A stretch of 64,000 nucleotides of DNA, from the IMG/VR virus record IMGVR_UViG_3300037110_000087, positions 124,001 to 188,000 of that record. One strand, written 5' to 3'. The notes beneath the pieces are model-generated. The model was not told the DNA's origin and did no database searches. It saw only the letters and a program-made list of their open reading frames with translations. The position numbers and the translations under genes are program-made. Position 1 is the first letter of the stretch; every line of letters begins with the position of its first letter. Below are positions 47,816-57,570 of the stretch, piece after piece.

Positions 47816-49576
47816 ATGACTGATCACACAGCTACGAAGAAGACTACTAGTAAATCAAAGATCTACTTTAAGTTTTCAACCAATCCACAGAACCCACGTG
47901 AACTTAATGTGGCTTACTGGAATAATGAATACAAACTACATAATGATACTCCTTTTAAATTGTCCATCAGTAAGGAAGATGGCGACGGTGATGATTGGAA
48001 GAGCAGGGATACCATCAAGGGATGGAAAGCTATGGGTCCCTATATGAAGTCTCATGGTGATGAGAACGCCTTCCCAATGATTGAAGCCTTCATGGCCGAT
48101 AAAGAAACCTGGAGAATCATCAGTGAGGAGGCTTTGCAGCCCTACATGGAAGCCCAGGGCAAAGCCAAACTGGGATTCAATCGGGTGATTAGATTTGATG
48201 TGACCACGATTGAAACCTATGAATTCGAAGTGGATAGATCCAAACCTGCTACCAATGTTAAACCGCTTCAGAAGGCAGAAGAAAAAGAACAACTGCCAAT
48301 GGCTGCATCGGTGAAAACTGGATCAACGAGCTTCGGTCCTACTTTCTTCTTCACCTCTTTGCTGGTGGAAGAATTTGAGAACACCTCGCCCAGAGAAATG
48401 ATCGCCAAGGCTGCTGAAGGTGATGATCTACAGAGAGAAGCTGCTGCTTACGTCAAAACAGCTATCGACAGCTTTGACAACTATATGAGAGGGATGGAAG
48501 GTCAAGATCCCCTTGGTGGCGGAAACGACGGTGTTGGTGTAAACACTGGTGAAGCCGACGTACCAGCCGCACCTATTATCAATATCCCGGCTGTTGATGT
48601 GGTACAGCTGAATGGTCCCATTAGTCCCTATACCTTTGGGGATTCCATGGAAGACTTCAACATGCTTCTGGATCATCAGGAGACTGAGAAGAACGAAGCG
48701 GAGCTTGAGAAGAGATCTGAGGATTATAACGAAATTGCAGAAGAGCTAGAATATCTTGTGGCTTTTGTTCCTGAAGGTTATGTGAGCAGCTTCCGTGACA
48801 AAGCCGCTGCAATCCGCGCTGGTGATAGAAGTGTGATCTTCACCCTGAAGGACGACCTCATGGGTCTATGGGGTAGCCTGACCGATGCTTACGCTTGGTT
48901 GCTCTGTGAATACATCATCATGCAGCTCGAGAACTTCAGCGTTGATCTTCCCCATAAGCTGGCCAGCAATCAGAGAATCTTCGAACTGCCCAGTTTTGAA
49001 GCCTCAAACCGATTCGTTATGCGAGTGGGAATGGATGAGGGTCGCGATTGCGTGAGACTGAGTGATACCAAGATCGCGGTGTTCATGGAAGAAGCATCTA
49101 CCGTGGATACTACCACAGTGGACCAGTTCGTTAAGATTTTCATGCCAACCACTGTTCTTGAGAAGCTGAAGCTCACCTTCAACGCCGACACCGAGCTAAT
49201 TCGCAGAGTCCAGAGCCATCTGAATAAAGAAGAGAACGTCAGCAATGATGAGCTTGCTAAGATGCAGGAAAACGATGAAGTCTTTGTCGTAGAGATCGAG
49301 AGCCTGTCATCCTTCGAATTCCCCTCTATCATCGCGGCTGGTCTAAAGATCCTTGACACCTACAAGGTGACCTACGGTCCTTATGATGTCACTACCGTGA
49401 TGTTCGGAATCTATCTGCCTGTGGAATCCTTCGTTGAACAAATCACTCAGGAAGAGGAATTACAGCCCAATGAAGAAGACGAGCCATTAGACCAGGAGAT
49501 CCCCAATCCTGCTAGCTTGACTCCTGAAATTCCGCTTGATAAACTGCCAGAGAACATGGAAGCCAAATCTAGCTAA
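47816..49576 (+). CDS. large acidic hypothetical protein
   Basis: 586 aa; RBS gaggt; strong codon bias. Confidence 0.7.
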   Translation: MTDHTATKKTTSKSKIYFKFSTNPQNPRELNVAYWNNEYKLHNDTPFKLSISKEDGDGDDWKSRDTIKGWKAMGPYMKSHGDENAFPMIEAFMADKETWRIISEEALQPYMEAQGKAKLGFNRVIRFDVTTIETYEFEVDRSKPATNVKPLQKAEEKEQLPMAASVKTGSTSFGPTFFFTSLLVEEFENTSPREMIAKAAEGDDLQREAAAYVKTAIDSFDNYMRGMEGQDPLGGGNDGVGVNTGEADVPAAPIINIPAVDVVQLNGPISPYTFGDSMEDFNMLLDHQETEKNEAELEKRSEDYNEIAEELEYLVAFVPEGYVSSFRDKAAAIRAGDRSVIFTLKDDLMGLWGSLTDAYAWLLCEYIIMQLENFSVDLPHKLASNQRIFELPSFEASNRFVMRVGMDEGRDCVRLSDTKIAVFMEEASTVDTTTVDQFVKIFMPTTVLEKLKLTFNADTELIRRVQSHLNKEENVSNDELAKMQENDEVFVVEIESLSSFEFPSIIAAGLKILDTYKVTYGPYDVTTVMFGIYLPVESFVEQITQEEELQPNEEDEPLDQEIPNPASLTPEIPLDKLPENMEAKSS

Positions 49577-49584
49577 GGAAATCA

Positions 49585-49851
49585 ATGCCCAGGGAATTTC
49601 TCTATGAGCCACTAACCATCGATTTTCTCCCTGAAGTAGCGGAGAAAATCGCAGTTATGCTAAGTATGGGCTACGAAACCCTAGATATATGGAATTGCCC
49701 TGGTGCTCCCAACGAATTTCAAGCCTTGGCCTACTTGCAGGACTATGTTAAAATCGAGTCGCTTCACCCAAGGCAGGTGAAGACCCTAAATTCCTGGATG
49801 TTGGGTGCAACGATCAGACAAGGAAAACTCGATGAACCAATTACACCTTAA
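49585..49851 (+). CDS. hypothetical protein
   Basis: RBS aagga; operon context. Confidence 0.55.
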   Translation: MPREFLYEPLTIDFLPEVAEKIAVMLSMGYETLDIWNCPGAPNEFQALAYLQDYVKIESLHPRQVKTLNSWMLGATIRQGKLDEPITP

Positions 49852-50521
49852 AGCCTTCGTAAAAGAATCCACTTCCTTACCAAAGTATTTGCTTCCAAGC
49901 TCAGAGAAATACCAACTATCCCTGGTAGATGGGCATTACAATGAATTCCTTCAGTGGTTCAGGGAACCCTATTCCAAGAAGTTCTTGAAATCGTTGGGTA
50001 TCAAAGATATTCTTTGCTCCGATGGCGAGGTATTCGAGACTAACGAAAACGCATGGCAGAACCACAAGAAGAAATACATTCCTGATTCATACAAGCGTGT
50101 TGAATTGCAGTTGGACTACATCAGTGAAGTTCCTGAAGACTTGCTGATTAAAACCTGCCCCTTCCCACAATCGGAATTCCAGAATCTATGGTATCGAAGG
50201 GAAACAACTGAAAATGTCACTAAGTTCATCCGATATCCTTGGGGAATCTGGTTGAGTACATCTACCGAATATTGTGCAATGAACAACCCCAATTACAAGG
50301 ATGCTATTCCCCTTTGGATTGATATTAGGAAGCCTTACTTCCCATTAGTCAGAGGTCAGGATGAACACTATGGTGATATCGGCAAGAAATTCCAGAGGTT
50401 TGTCCATTCCTTGAAATTACGAGGGTACGATTGTTATGTCCAGGGGTGTGAGACTAACAGCATTACCGTGTTCGGCAGAAATACCAAAATACTGAACGCC
50501 ATGACCGGGGAGCTAATGTGA
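49832..50521 (+). CDS. leader-motif protein (MNQLHLKAFVKES) with ADP-ribosyltransferase-like C-terminal domain
   Basis: LWYRRET, GIWLSTS, LWIDIRKP, LKLRGYDC, ITVFG: order resembles ART-PolyVal-type domains. Confidence 0.45.
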   Translation: MNQLHLKAFVKESTSLPKYLLPSSEKYQLSLVDGHYNEFLQWFREPYSKKFLKSLGIKDILCSDGEVFETNENAWQNHKKKYIPDSYKRVELQLDYISEVPEDLLIKTCPFPQSEFQNLWYRRETTENVTKFIRYPWGIWLSTSTEYCAMNNPNYKDAIPLWIDIRKPYFPLVRGQDEHYGDIGKKFQRFVHSLKLRGYDCYVQGCETNSITVFGRNTKILNAMTGELM

Positions 50522-51435
50522 AGCTGCATCTAATAGCGACTCCTAAGGTGGAAGAGAAGTTTACATTGGCCCTGGTTATTGGGGATAACAGAGAGTATAT
50601 GCCCGACTGGGGCAGTTTCTCTTCAATTGAGAAGGCCAAAGAATTCCTAGAAACAACCGCAGCGGAGGGTCACCTTTGTGACTTAGAAGCTAGCATTGGC
50701 TACTTCGTGTCAGAAACCAAAAGACCTGGATGTCTTGGATATTTTCCAATCCTGGCACCCTATTTTGGCGACGATTGGAAAGATAAATCCTACTATGACC
50801 ACATGGCTGATGCGAAGGTCGAGGTCTACAAGGGGAACAATATAGAACGAAGATTGTTGAAGAGCAAGAATATTGATAAAATCATGGATTATGTCTTCAG
50901 CACAGGGAAAAATCGTTGGCCTGAGGCCGAACCCATCATAATTAAGACCCATGAGGCGATTGAGTATGCCAGCGAGGTAATCAAGGGCCGCTGGCCTGAA
51001 CTTGAGAGCTACCTCCTAAGCAGTGACTCAGCTCATGAAATTCTCGCCTACGCTTTGCATATCTTCAAGGGCCGTTGGCCCGAGGCTGAACCCATCGTGC
51101 TTAGAGATTACTCAGCCTCCTATCATTATGCTATAAATATTATCAAGGACCGTTGGCCTGAGGCTGAACCACTATTACTCAAGGAAGGTAGTTCACACAC
51201 ACTCGCAACTTATGCTAGAGTGTGTGTGAAAGGTCGTTGGCCCGAGGCTGAGTCAATAATCCAAAAAGATCCGAACGAATGGTTCAAATATCTGCAGTTC
51301 CTATCAGATCCGACACCAGAAGGATGGGATCGGGAACCGAACAAACGATATTTGAAAGACATCGGAATAAATCCCGTTTATCTTGATATCAAACCCATCC
51401 CTGGTAAATGGAACACTCCCAGAGGTTACGACTAG
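50518..51435 (+). CDS. leader-motif protein (MKLHLIATPK) with five RWPE(A/L)E(P/S) helical repeats
   Basis: About 25-aa periodic repeats visible in the translation; GTG start. Confidence 0.75.
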   Translation: MKLHLIATPKVEEKFTLALVIGDNREYMPDWGSFSSIEKAKEFLETTAAEGHLCDLEASIGYFVSETKRPGCLGYFPILAPYFGDDWKDKSYYDHMADAKVEVYKGNNIERRLLKSKNIDKIMDYVFSTGKNRWPEAEPIIIKTHEAIEYASEVIKGRWPELESYLLSSDSAHEILAYALHIFKGRWPEAEPIVLRDYSASYHYAINIIKDRWPEAEPLLLKEGSSHTLATYARVCVKGRWPEAESIIQKDPNEWFKYLQFLSDPTPEGWDREPNKRYLKDIGINPVYLDIKPIPGKWNTPRGYD

Positions 51436-51502
51436 CCCCTCCCTGTTATCTTTCATATGGTGACCTTTGCCCGAGATTTCCGGCACACCCTAAGGGGAAG
51501 CA

Positions 51503-54500
51503 ATGAAAGAATACACGCAATGGCGATTGGATTTTCTGACTAATGTTCTGGCTGGTATCCCAGAAGAACTCAAAGACAGATTGAATGGCGAACAGAAAGC
51601 CAAGTATCATAATCGTGGTACCCTGCTCAAAGAGACTCCGGAGGGGTGGATTAAGTCCATTCTGGATTCTTGTCTTTGGTACTCCCACCTGTTCCCAGGT
51701 CTTAGGCAGTGTGTGGACGAAGACCAAAGAGAAAAATGGGGAAAGCTCAAGACAACCCTATTTGGCCTCTACAACCGATTCGAGGGTAACAAGCCCTACC
51801 AGGAGATTCTTGGGGTTGGTATTCGCGCCCTGGAGAACAATCGTTGGGCTAACGAATACCTGAGACCCGATCAGATCACCTGTGTGGATAGCACTCGAAA
51901 GAATCTATCCAGTCTTGGTATCGATTATGCCACGATTTACGAGGAGACCAAAGAGGACTACAACCAGCCACATGCCTTCAATTTCTTCCTTAATTCTGAG
52001 GTTTGGAACCAGGAACGTTCTGGAGGGCTGAAAGGCAACACCAACGTCAATCTCATGGATGCATGCACAGGCAGTGGTAAGACAAGAATGGGGCTTGTTG
52101 CGTCCTGCGGTCATCTTTGTTATTCGAACGAGGTCATTCCCTTCGCGGCTCAGCGGGTGGCTGTGTTCGTCAGGACCCGATCGCAGACAATGGCCTTCCT
52201 TAAGGAATCCAAACGAATGGACCTCAAAGTGGCCTGTCCTATCAGCATCTCTTTAGGTTGTCAGTGCCATGACTCTGTGAATAAAACCTTCCTAGATACC
52301 ATCTTTGCCTTATTTGGCGCTCTCCGAGATAGTTGCCAGGGAGGGATGAATTTATCCAAGAAAGAACTAAAACTACCTAAGATCTATCCGATGGAGTTAT
52401 ATAATAGTGTAGCAATCAGCCAGGAAACTTGTATCGGTCTATCGAACGCAGTGACCGCCTTCCATGACTACCTTCAGGATAGTCCTGATGTAATCTCTCT
52501 ACTCAACCGATGGAGCCGGGATAATAGAAACAGATGCCAAGAGGCTTGCTTCTTGGATCTGAAATCTTATGTTACCGCATCGGATCTGGATGCCGAGAAG
52601 GTTGATGCTTTCACCTATTTGATGAGTTCTAGGAAATGTGCTTCATGCCCGTCTAATATGAACTTCCTGCTCAAGTCGGGTATTAATCCCTATGAAGAGG
52701 CACGGCAATTCGAACAGGTTCCCAACAAATTCTTTTTCGATGAAGCACTGGACAAGAATGCTGACATCAACAAGGTGGCTCTGCTCTATCAGAATACCTT
52801 CGGTTGCTGCGGACGGACTGATTCAAAGAAGAATATGGAATCTGCTGATGTGGTGATCTTCACCTATAATTGGTTGATGGACCCAGATATCGCGATCCAT
52901 ACTGCAAAGAGTTTGCACAATCTCGGATCACTTAACTGGCAGATCTCCACTATCTGCGATGAGGCCCATTTCCTCTATGGGTTCAACCAGCGGTTCGACT
53001 TTAACTTCCCTATGACTATTAAGATCGCTGCCGAGATCTGGCATGCCAAGCTCCACTATCTTGACCAGAACCGGTTTGATGTCCCAGGGGTAGGAGTCAC
53101 CAGCGGACCAAATTGGGGTGAACTCCCACAGGAGTTCAAGCGCATGGATCTAGCGTTGAAGACTCTCAATAGCTTCCTTGAGAAGTTGTTCTTGATGGAC
53201 GAGCAGATCCCTACCCCATTGAGAGTATTTAGACTGGCTACCGGCCATGATTTTCCATGGTATCCCAAACAACTCTATAATCAGTTCAATCCAATGTTCG
53301 ATTTAGACATCCTGAGTAATCGCAATCAGATTGAGACAGTCTACAATACTCTTGGAGTCATGATCGAAGAATGGAATCGCATTATTGGTGTATGTGAGGC
53401 TCAGTATACCTCATGTGATGAAACAATGGATGCCCTGATGGATTCCAAGGAGGATGATGGAGATTCTGAGGATGAAGATGGAGAAGTTGGTAATCCCTGG
53501 GCTGCGCAGTTATTCAAGGAATGGAAGGCGAGTGGCTCCCAGTCAAAGGGCAAGTTCAAGAGAGCGTTTCATAAAGTGATTGATGCCTACAAGACCCTAT
53601 CGAATACTGCCCTATTCCTGCTCGAATGGACGCTGATCCTTAAGGAAACCGTCTATAGTATGAGTTCAGGGACTTTTGATGAGAGAATCCTCAGTGTCAG
53701 CATCGGGTCTGCCCAGTTTGATACAATCATTGGTAAGAACGTTCTTGAGGACACCATGAAGCCTCAGGATCCGATCGATCGGGCCAAAGTGGAAAAGTTG
53801 ATGCTCCCCTACTGCACCACTATTCAATCAGTGGGCTATGCGGAAACGGATAAGAGTGCGTGGCACAAGGCAACACCTACTGATTTTTTCCACTTCTTCG
53901 ACAGTCCTTACGCTTGGATGCGGAATGCCAAATGCAAACCAGCCTTTCAATCCCTGGCTGCTACCTTCAAGGTGAACAAGCCTTTCATTCAGACTGCACT
54001 CCGGCCTTATCCCTATATTACCTTCTTGACCGGCACACCTGCGGACAAGACCCTATGGCGGTCTAAGTCCGGATTCCGTTACTTTGCTAATTCGGACTAC
54101 CCGATTAAGCCCAATTCATTCGACTTTAAGATTGATAGCAGATTCGAACTGAAACAGGCCAACAAATCAGATATTCAGGATCGTGATGTGGCCATGGCAA
54201 TCCAGCACTACACAGCTGGCTCTAGCATGTCATTGGTCTGTTATCCCAGTAAGGCGACCATGAATCGAATCATGAAGTTCATGGGCAAGGGATACCTGGA
54301 TGAGGTCCTGATGGAGAAAGAGGGTGTTGAAATGGAGGATCTCCAGAATTACGCTGCCACTGAAGGTTCGATCCATGTGGTCTGCGGTGGACGGTTCGTT
54401 GAGGGAATTGAATGCACTGATGAGAATGGAAGTAGTCTCATCAAGCAGGTAATCATCGTCGGTGTCCCATTCAACCCACCCTCCGAGGAAAATAGACAAA

Positions 54501-54700
54501 TTGAAGCTCATTTCCAGAAGATCTACGGCTGGGACCAATGGGAATGCATGAAGATGTTGATGTATGCTCCGGTCTATCAGAAGGTTAGACAAGCTATGGG
54601 CCGGTGTGTTAGGAACCTGACCGATCGCGGTACCATTATCTTCCTCGATAAACGGTATGAAACGAGCAAGATGTTAAGACAAGCGTTAGGGTGTTTCTAG
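51503..54700 (+). CDS. XPD/Rad3/DinG-family SF2 helicase
   Basis: ACTGSGKT, VRTRSQ, Cys cluster, VVIFTYNWL, CDEAH, GGRFVEGI, VIIVGVPF, QAMGRCVR, FLDKRY. Confidence 0.9.
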   Translation: MKEYTQWRLDFLTNVLAGIPEELKDRLNGEQKAKYHNRGTLLKETPEGWIKSILDSCLWYSHLFPGLRQCVDEDQREKWGKLKTTLFGLYNRFEGNKPYQEILGVGIRALENNRWANEYLRPDQITCVDSTRKNLSSLGIDYATIYEETKEDYNQPHAFNFFLNSEVWNQERSGGLKGNTNVNLMDACTGSGKTRMGLVASCGHLCYSNEVIPFAAQRVAVFVRTRSQTMAFLKESKRMDLKVACPISISLGCQCHDSVNKTFLDTIFALFGALRDSCQGGMNLSKKELKLPKIYPMELYNSVAISQETCIGLSNAVTAFHDYLQDSPDVISLLNRWSRDNRNRCQEACFLDLKSYVTASDLDAEKVDAFTYLMSSRKCASCPSNMNFLLKSGINPYEEARQFEQVPNKFFFDEALDKNADINKVALLYQNTFGCCGRTDSKKNMESADVVIFTYNWLMDPDIAIHTAKSLHNLGSLNWQISTICDEAHFLYGFNQRFDFNFPMTIKIAAEIWHAKLHYLDQNRFDVPGVGVTSGPNWGELPQEFKRMDLALKTLNSFLEKLFLMDEQIPTPLRVFRLATGHDFPWYPKQLYNQFNPMFDLDILSNRNQIETVYNTLGVMIEEWNRIIGVCEAQYTSCDETMDALMDSKEDDGDSEDEDGEVGNPWAAQLFKEWKASGSQSKGKFKRAFHKVIDAYKTLSNTALFLLEWTLILKETVYSMSSGTFDERILSVSIGSAQFDTIIGKNVLEDTMKPQDPIDRAKVEKLMLPYCTTIQSVGYAETDKSAWHKATPTDFFHFFDSPYAWMRNAKCKPAFQSLAATFKVNKPFIQTALRPYPYITFLTGTPADKTLWRSKSGFRYFANSDYPIKPNSFDFKIDSRFELKQANKSDIQDRDVAMAIQHYTAGSSMSLVCYPSKATMNRIMKFMGKGYLDEVLMEKEGVEMEDLQNYAATEGSIHVVCGGRFVEGIECTDENGSSLIKQVIIVGVPFNPPSEENRQIEAHFQKIYGWDQWECMKMLMYAPVYQKVRQAMGRCVRNLTDRGTIIFLDKRYETSKMLRQALGCF

Positions 54701-54704
54701 GAGG

Positions 54705-54938
54705 GTGATTCTGAAATTATTTTTGACTCTTATTATTTTATCTTCTTTTATGAATGCTCAGGAAGTAGATGATCCAGTCATGCGGATTAGACAGCAGAGA
54801 CTTGAGCAGGGATTAAATTATCCCCCTGTGATAAAAGGAATAATGAAACCCCCTCCGCTTCCTCCGATACAAACTCATCGAAAAGACTTACCAAAAAGTA
54901 AAAAGATACCGCGCCGAAGGAGACAAAATGGGACCTGA
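54705..54938 (+). CDS. small exported Pro-rich, basic-tailed protein (start possibly CTG 54711)
   Basis: Signal-like KLFLTLIILSSFMNAQE; KPPPLPP; PRRRR. Confidence 0.55.
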   Translation: MILKLFLTLIILSSFMNAQEVDDPVMRIRQQRLEQGLNYPPVIKGIMKPPPLPPIQTHRKDLPKSKKIPRRRRQNGT

Positions 54939-55215
54939 TCATTTCATTTGGGGTAAACACGAAAAATCTTTGATCTGGCAACCTATGACTACTATCCCAG
55001 ATCGAATCAAAGGGGGCCAACCTTTCCTTGCGCGATGGAAGAATTTCCCCTTCGAAGAAGATTGGGAAGTGTGCATCGCTTATTTCGGACAATTTGGAGA
55101 TTGCTGGATTCATTATCCCCTTGGATTCGTGCTGATGGCTGAAGGTCCAGGTACCGAAACCCGCGAACCTAAACTATCACCGGAAGAATGGTGCGATATC
55201 CCTGGCAAGTCATGA
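54928..55215 (+). CDS. Trp-rich hypothetical protein
   Basis: RBS aaggag; last + gene before the convergence point. Confidence 0.6.
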   Translation: MGPDHFIWGKHEKSLIWQPMTTIPDRIKGGQPFLARWKNFPFEEDWEVCIAYFGQFGDCWIHYPLGFVLMAEGPGTETREPKLSPEEWCDIPGKS

Positions 55216-55235
55216 GTTGGTATTGGTGGGTTCTC

Positions 55236-55628
55236 TTAATCGTGTGTATTTTGTGGCTCTGGATTGGTGACGAGGACGTCACTTACCTCTAATTGAGAAT
55301 CCAGTTCCTTTAGTCGATCTTCTAGTTGCACTGAATTTCGTAACTCCACCAGAGGTTCCATCTTGAGAGGGGCTACGGACTGATGAGTGAGAAGAATCAG
55401 GCACAAGGACATGAGTATTTTTCCTGCCCCTAGTTTAACGGCTCTCCAACCATTATTGACCCAGGACAGGCGAAATCGTGTCGGCTTCATCCCTCTGGCC
55501 TGGACGATGATTATCTGGATCACACTCATCCCCACGGGGGTTACGATCCGATCGACCGGACCATCAAGAGTCAGAACAACATTGGCCAGACCCTGGTTGG
55601 CCAGATGCTGCTTGAACGCTTCCCTCAC
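55236..55628 (-). CDS. hypothetical protein (start uncertain)
   Basis: Last ORF of the minus-strand block; GTG start; frame open further upstream. Confidence 0.5.
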   Translation of the reverse strand: MREAFKQHLANQGLANVVLTLDGPVDRIVTPVGMSVIQIIIVQARGMKPTRFRLSWVNNGWRAVKLGAGKILMSLCLILLTHQSVAPLKMEPLVELRNSVQLEDRLKELDSQLEVSDVLVTNPEPQNTHD

Positions 55629-55669
55629 CTGGGAAGATTTCGGGATTGGACCTCTTGATTGCGTTCATT

Positions 55670-55843
55670 TTAGTCGGCCAGGGGCAAGAAGTTGACAATG
55701 AAGCAGATGTGTCCACTTCGCTGACTCAGGACCTGCTCGAAATCCAACACCTGCTCAGCGGTCATCCTGGAGTCTCCTACAAGAATTGTGTTGCTCAGGT
55801 AGTAGAATCCCGTCATCTGATACACGATCAGCCACTTGATCAT
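55670..55843 (-). CDS. 57-aa hypothetical protein (MIKWLIVYQMTG...)
   Basis: Manual translation; ATGA overlap. Confidence 0.5.
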   Translation of the reverse strand: MIKWLIVYQMTGFYYLSNTILVGDSRMTAEQVLDFEQVLSQRSGHICFIVNFLPLAD

Positions 55844-55977
55844 ATGACCTCCAGATCAAAGAGACTACACCAATCTGAACTACCATCAGCCCATTGGACT
55901 CGGACACGACCATCTAGACCTTTGCTCCGTTCTACGATCCGTCCGATCAATTTTGAAGGACCTTTAAACTGGACCAT
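55840..55977 (-). CDS. 45-aa small beta-rich protein (MVQFKG...GRVRVQWADGS)
   Basis: Manual translation; adjacent to the upstream stop. Confidence 0.5.
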   Translation of the reverse strand: MVQFKGPSKLIGRIVERSKGLDGRVRVQWADGSSDWCSLFDLEVI

Positions 55978-55978
55978 T

Positions 55979-56215
55979 TTATCCCCCAGTCTTATGCCAT
56001 TTGCCATCAGCCTTCAGAGTGTATTCCTGGCCCTTGCCCGATCCTAGGCCGATGCCTTCGAAAGTGTGACAAGAGGAACAGGCACAGCCAGCGATGATCC
56101 CACCACTGGTTCTGATCCTGGCATCGTAGAACTTCCTAACGATCGGAGTCTCACAGAATTCACATTTGGTAGGGACCTCGCCTAACCAAGTCACTTCTTC
56201 CAGTTTGTTAGCCAT
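55979..56215 (-). CDS. small Zn-binding protein (CEFC...CSSC, GIGLGSGKGQEY)
   Basis: Cys pairs and a Gly-rich motif resembling a common phage family. Confidence 0.65.
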   Translation of the reverse strand: MANKLEEVTWLGEVPTKCEFCETPIVRKFYDARIRTSGGIIAGCACSSCHTFEGIGLGSGKGQEYTLKADGKWHKTGG

Positions 56216-56885
56216 CGATTTCACCTTGGGTATTGGATTGGGTGACCCGCACCTTGGAGGCTTCGACTTCCTCGCGGCGAAGCGCACCACGGAGCATGTT
56301 GCCGATGTTCATCCGGATCATACCGGCGTTGAGGGTAGCATACTTCTTCTTGAGAGCCGAGACATCCAGATACTTCATGACCATCGGGACCTCCCAGATA
56401 TCCTCGATGGTGGCCGCGAACCGCAAGGCGGTAGCGATCTTGTCGCCGTTGTCCTGATGGCGAACCTTGTTGTCATCGCGGACGGTAGCGTTCTTCTGCC
56501 GGAAGGTGGAGAACCCCGCCAGGGTGTTGCGGGGTTCGGTCCGCTCAGCCTTCGGGGCCTTGGGCTGCTTCGGGGCCTTCTCCGCCTTGACCTTCTTGGT
56601 CGGAGCGGCATCATGAAGGCTAATGGGGAAAGCTTTCCCCGCTTCCACATCCTTGGTCTTGTCCGCTTCGATGGCCTCCACCATGGCTTCAGCGGTCATG
56701 GGCGCAGCAGGGGCCTGGGTCATGGGAGTGAAGCTCTTGACGAAGACCTGTTCGGTCATTTCACCTTCGGCAGCACCCTGGTAGCTGATGTAGGTCCACC
56801 GGCCCCGCTTCTCGACGGACTTGACGGTGATGGCCCTGGGGTCATTGCTCCTGGGGTCACGGAACTCGGAATTGACGGTGATCAT
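56208..56885 (-). CDS. early protein with DNGD...LNAGMIRMNIGNMLRGA motif
   Basis: RBS AGGAGAAATCC; C-terminal motif resembles a phage hypothetical family; K/A/P-rich linker. Confidence 0.75.
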   Translation of the reverse strand: MITVNSEFRDPRSNDPRAITVKSVEKRGRWTYISYQGAAEGEMTEQVFVKSFTPMTQAPAAPMTAEAMVEAIEADKTKDVEAGKAFPISLHDAAPTKKVKAEKAPKQPKAPKAERTEPRNTLAGFSTFRQKNATVRDDNKVRHQDNGDKIATALRFAATIEDIWEVPMVMKYLDVSALKKKYATLNAGMIRMNIGNMLRGALRREEVEASKVRVTQSNTQGEIDG

Positions 56886-56925
56886 TGGATTTCTCCTGTC
56901 GAATGGCCCAATGGGCGATGTGAAA

Positions 56926-56954
56926 ATTCTAACATGATTGCTCATTTAGCGCAA
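56926..56954 (-). promoter_or_regulatory. sigma70-type early promoter TTGCGC-17-TAGAAT
   Basis: -35/-10 with 17-nt spacer and TGn extension. Confidence 0.65.
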
Positions 56955-56959
56955 TTATC

Positions 56960-57316
56960 CTAGCTGTGGTTGATGCGGCTCATCTGATATTCGATTTCGA
57001 ACTCATGCCATTGTTCGCGTTTCACCAGGGTTTCCTGCCTGACCTTGGCAGTGATTTCCGTGATGAACTTGCGGAGGTTGATGGTCCGGTGAGTAGGAGC
57101 AAGATGGGTGTAATTAGGAGAGTCCTGGCGAATCCAGCCCTCCACGCAGCCCTCTGCCTCACAAGGGAACCACTCTTCCCGGCCATTCCAGCCGCCCTGG
57201 CCATGGCACTCGCTGCACTCGCAGAAGCGGTGTTCCCGTTCGCCAGCCCAGGTGAGTTTCGGAGTGCGCTGGGTGGTCACAAGGCCGGTGGAGAAGGTCT
57301 GAGGGGTCATGGTCAT
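56960..57316 (-). CDS. protein with DnaJ-type Zn finger (CSECHGQGG...C..EGC.EG)
   Basis: RBS AGGAGAAATCC; CxxCxGxG motif. Confidence 0.65.
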   Translation of the reverse strand: MTMTPQTFSTGLVTTQRTPKLTWAGEREHRFCECSECHGQGGWNGREEWFPCEAEGCVEGWIRQDSPNYTHLAPTHRTINLRKFITEITAKVRQETLVKREQWHEFEIEYQMSRINHS

Positions 57317-57338
57317 GGGATTTCTCCTGTGTAATTCT

Positions 57339-57367
57339 ATTATACCACAGGGACAGATTTCACACAA
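57339..57367 (-). promoter_or_regulatory. early promoter TTGTGT-gaaatctgtccctgtgg-TATAAT
   Basis: Conserved copy of the repeated promoter. Confidence 0.85.
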
Positions 57368-57388
57368 GTATTTCTCTCTATGAGGAGT

Positions 57389-57562
57389 TTATAGGTCCCT
57401 GAGGGTGGCTCGGGCTAAGGCAGCACAGGCCGGACCTTCCTTTCCCATTCTCCCAATCTTACGGAGAACACGCTGGAGGGCCAAGTTCTCGGTTTCCAGT
57501 CTATCCCTGGTTTCTATCAGGGCCAGGGCGACCGTCTTCCATTCCTTGCTGGTTCGTGCCAT
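57389..57562 (-). CDS. 57-aa hypothetical protein (MARTSKEWK...)
   Basis: Manual translation; RBS aggag. Confidence 0.55.
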   Translation of the reverse strand: MARTSKEWKTVALALIETRDRLETENLALQRVLRKIGRMGKEGPACAALARATLRDL

Positions 57563-57570
57563 GTTCGCTC

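Noticed and set aside
51503-54700. Type IV CRISPR locus implied by a DinG-like helicase
   Set aside because: No csf/cas genes or repeat array in the window.
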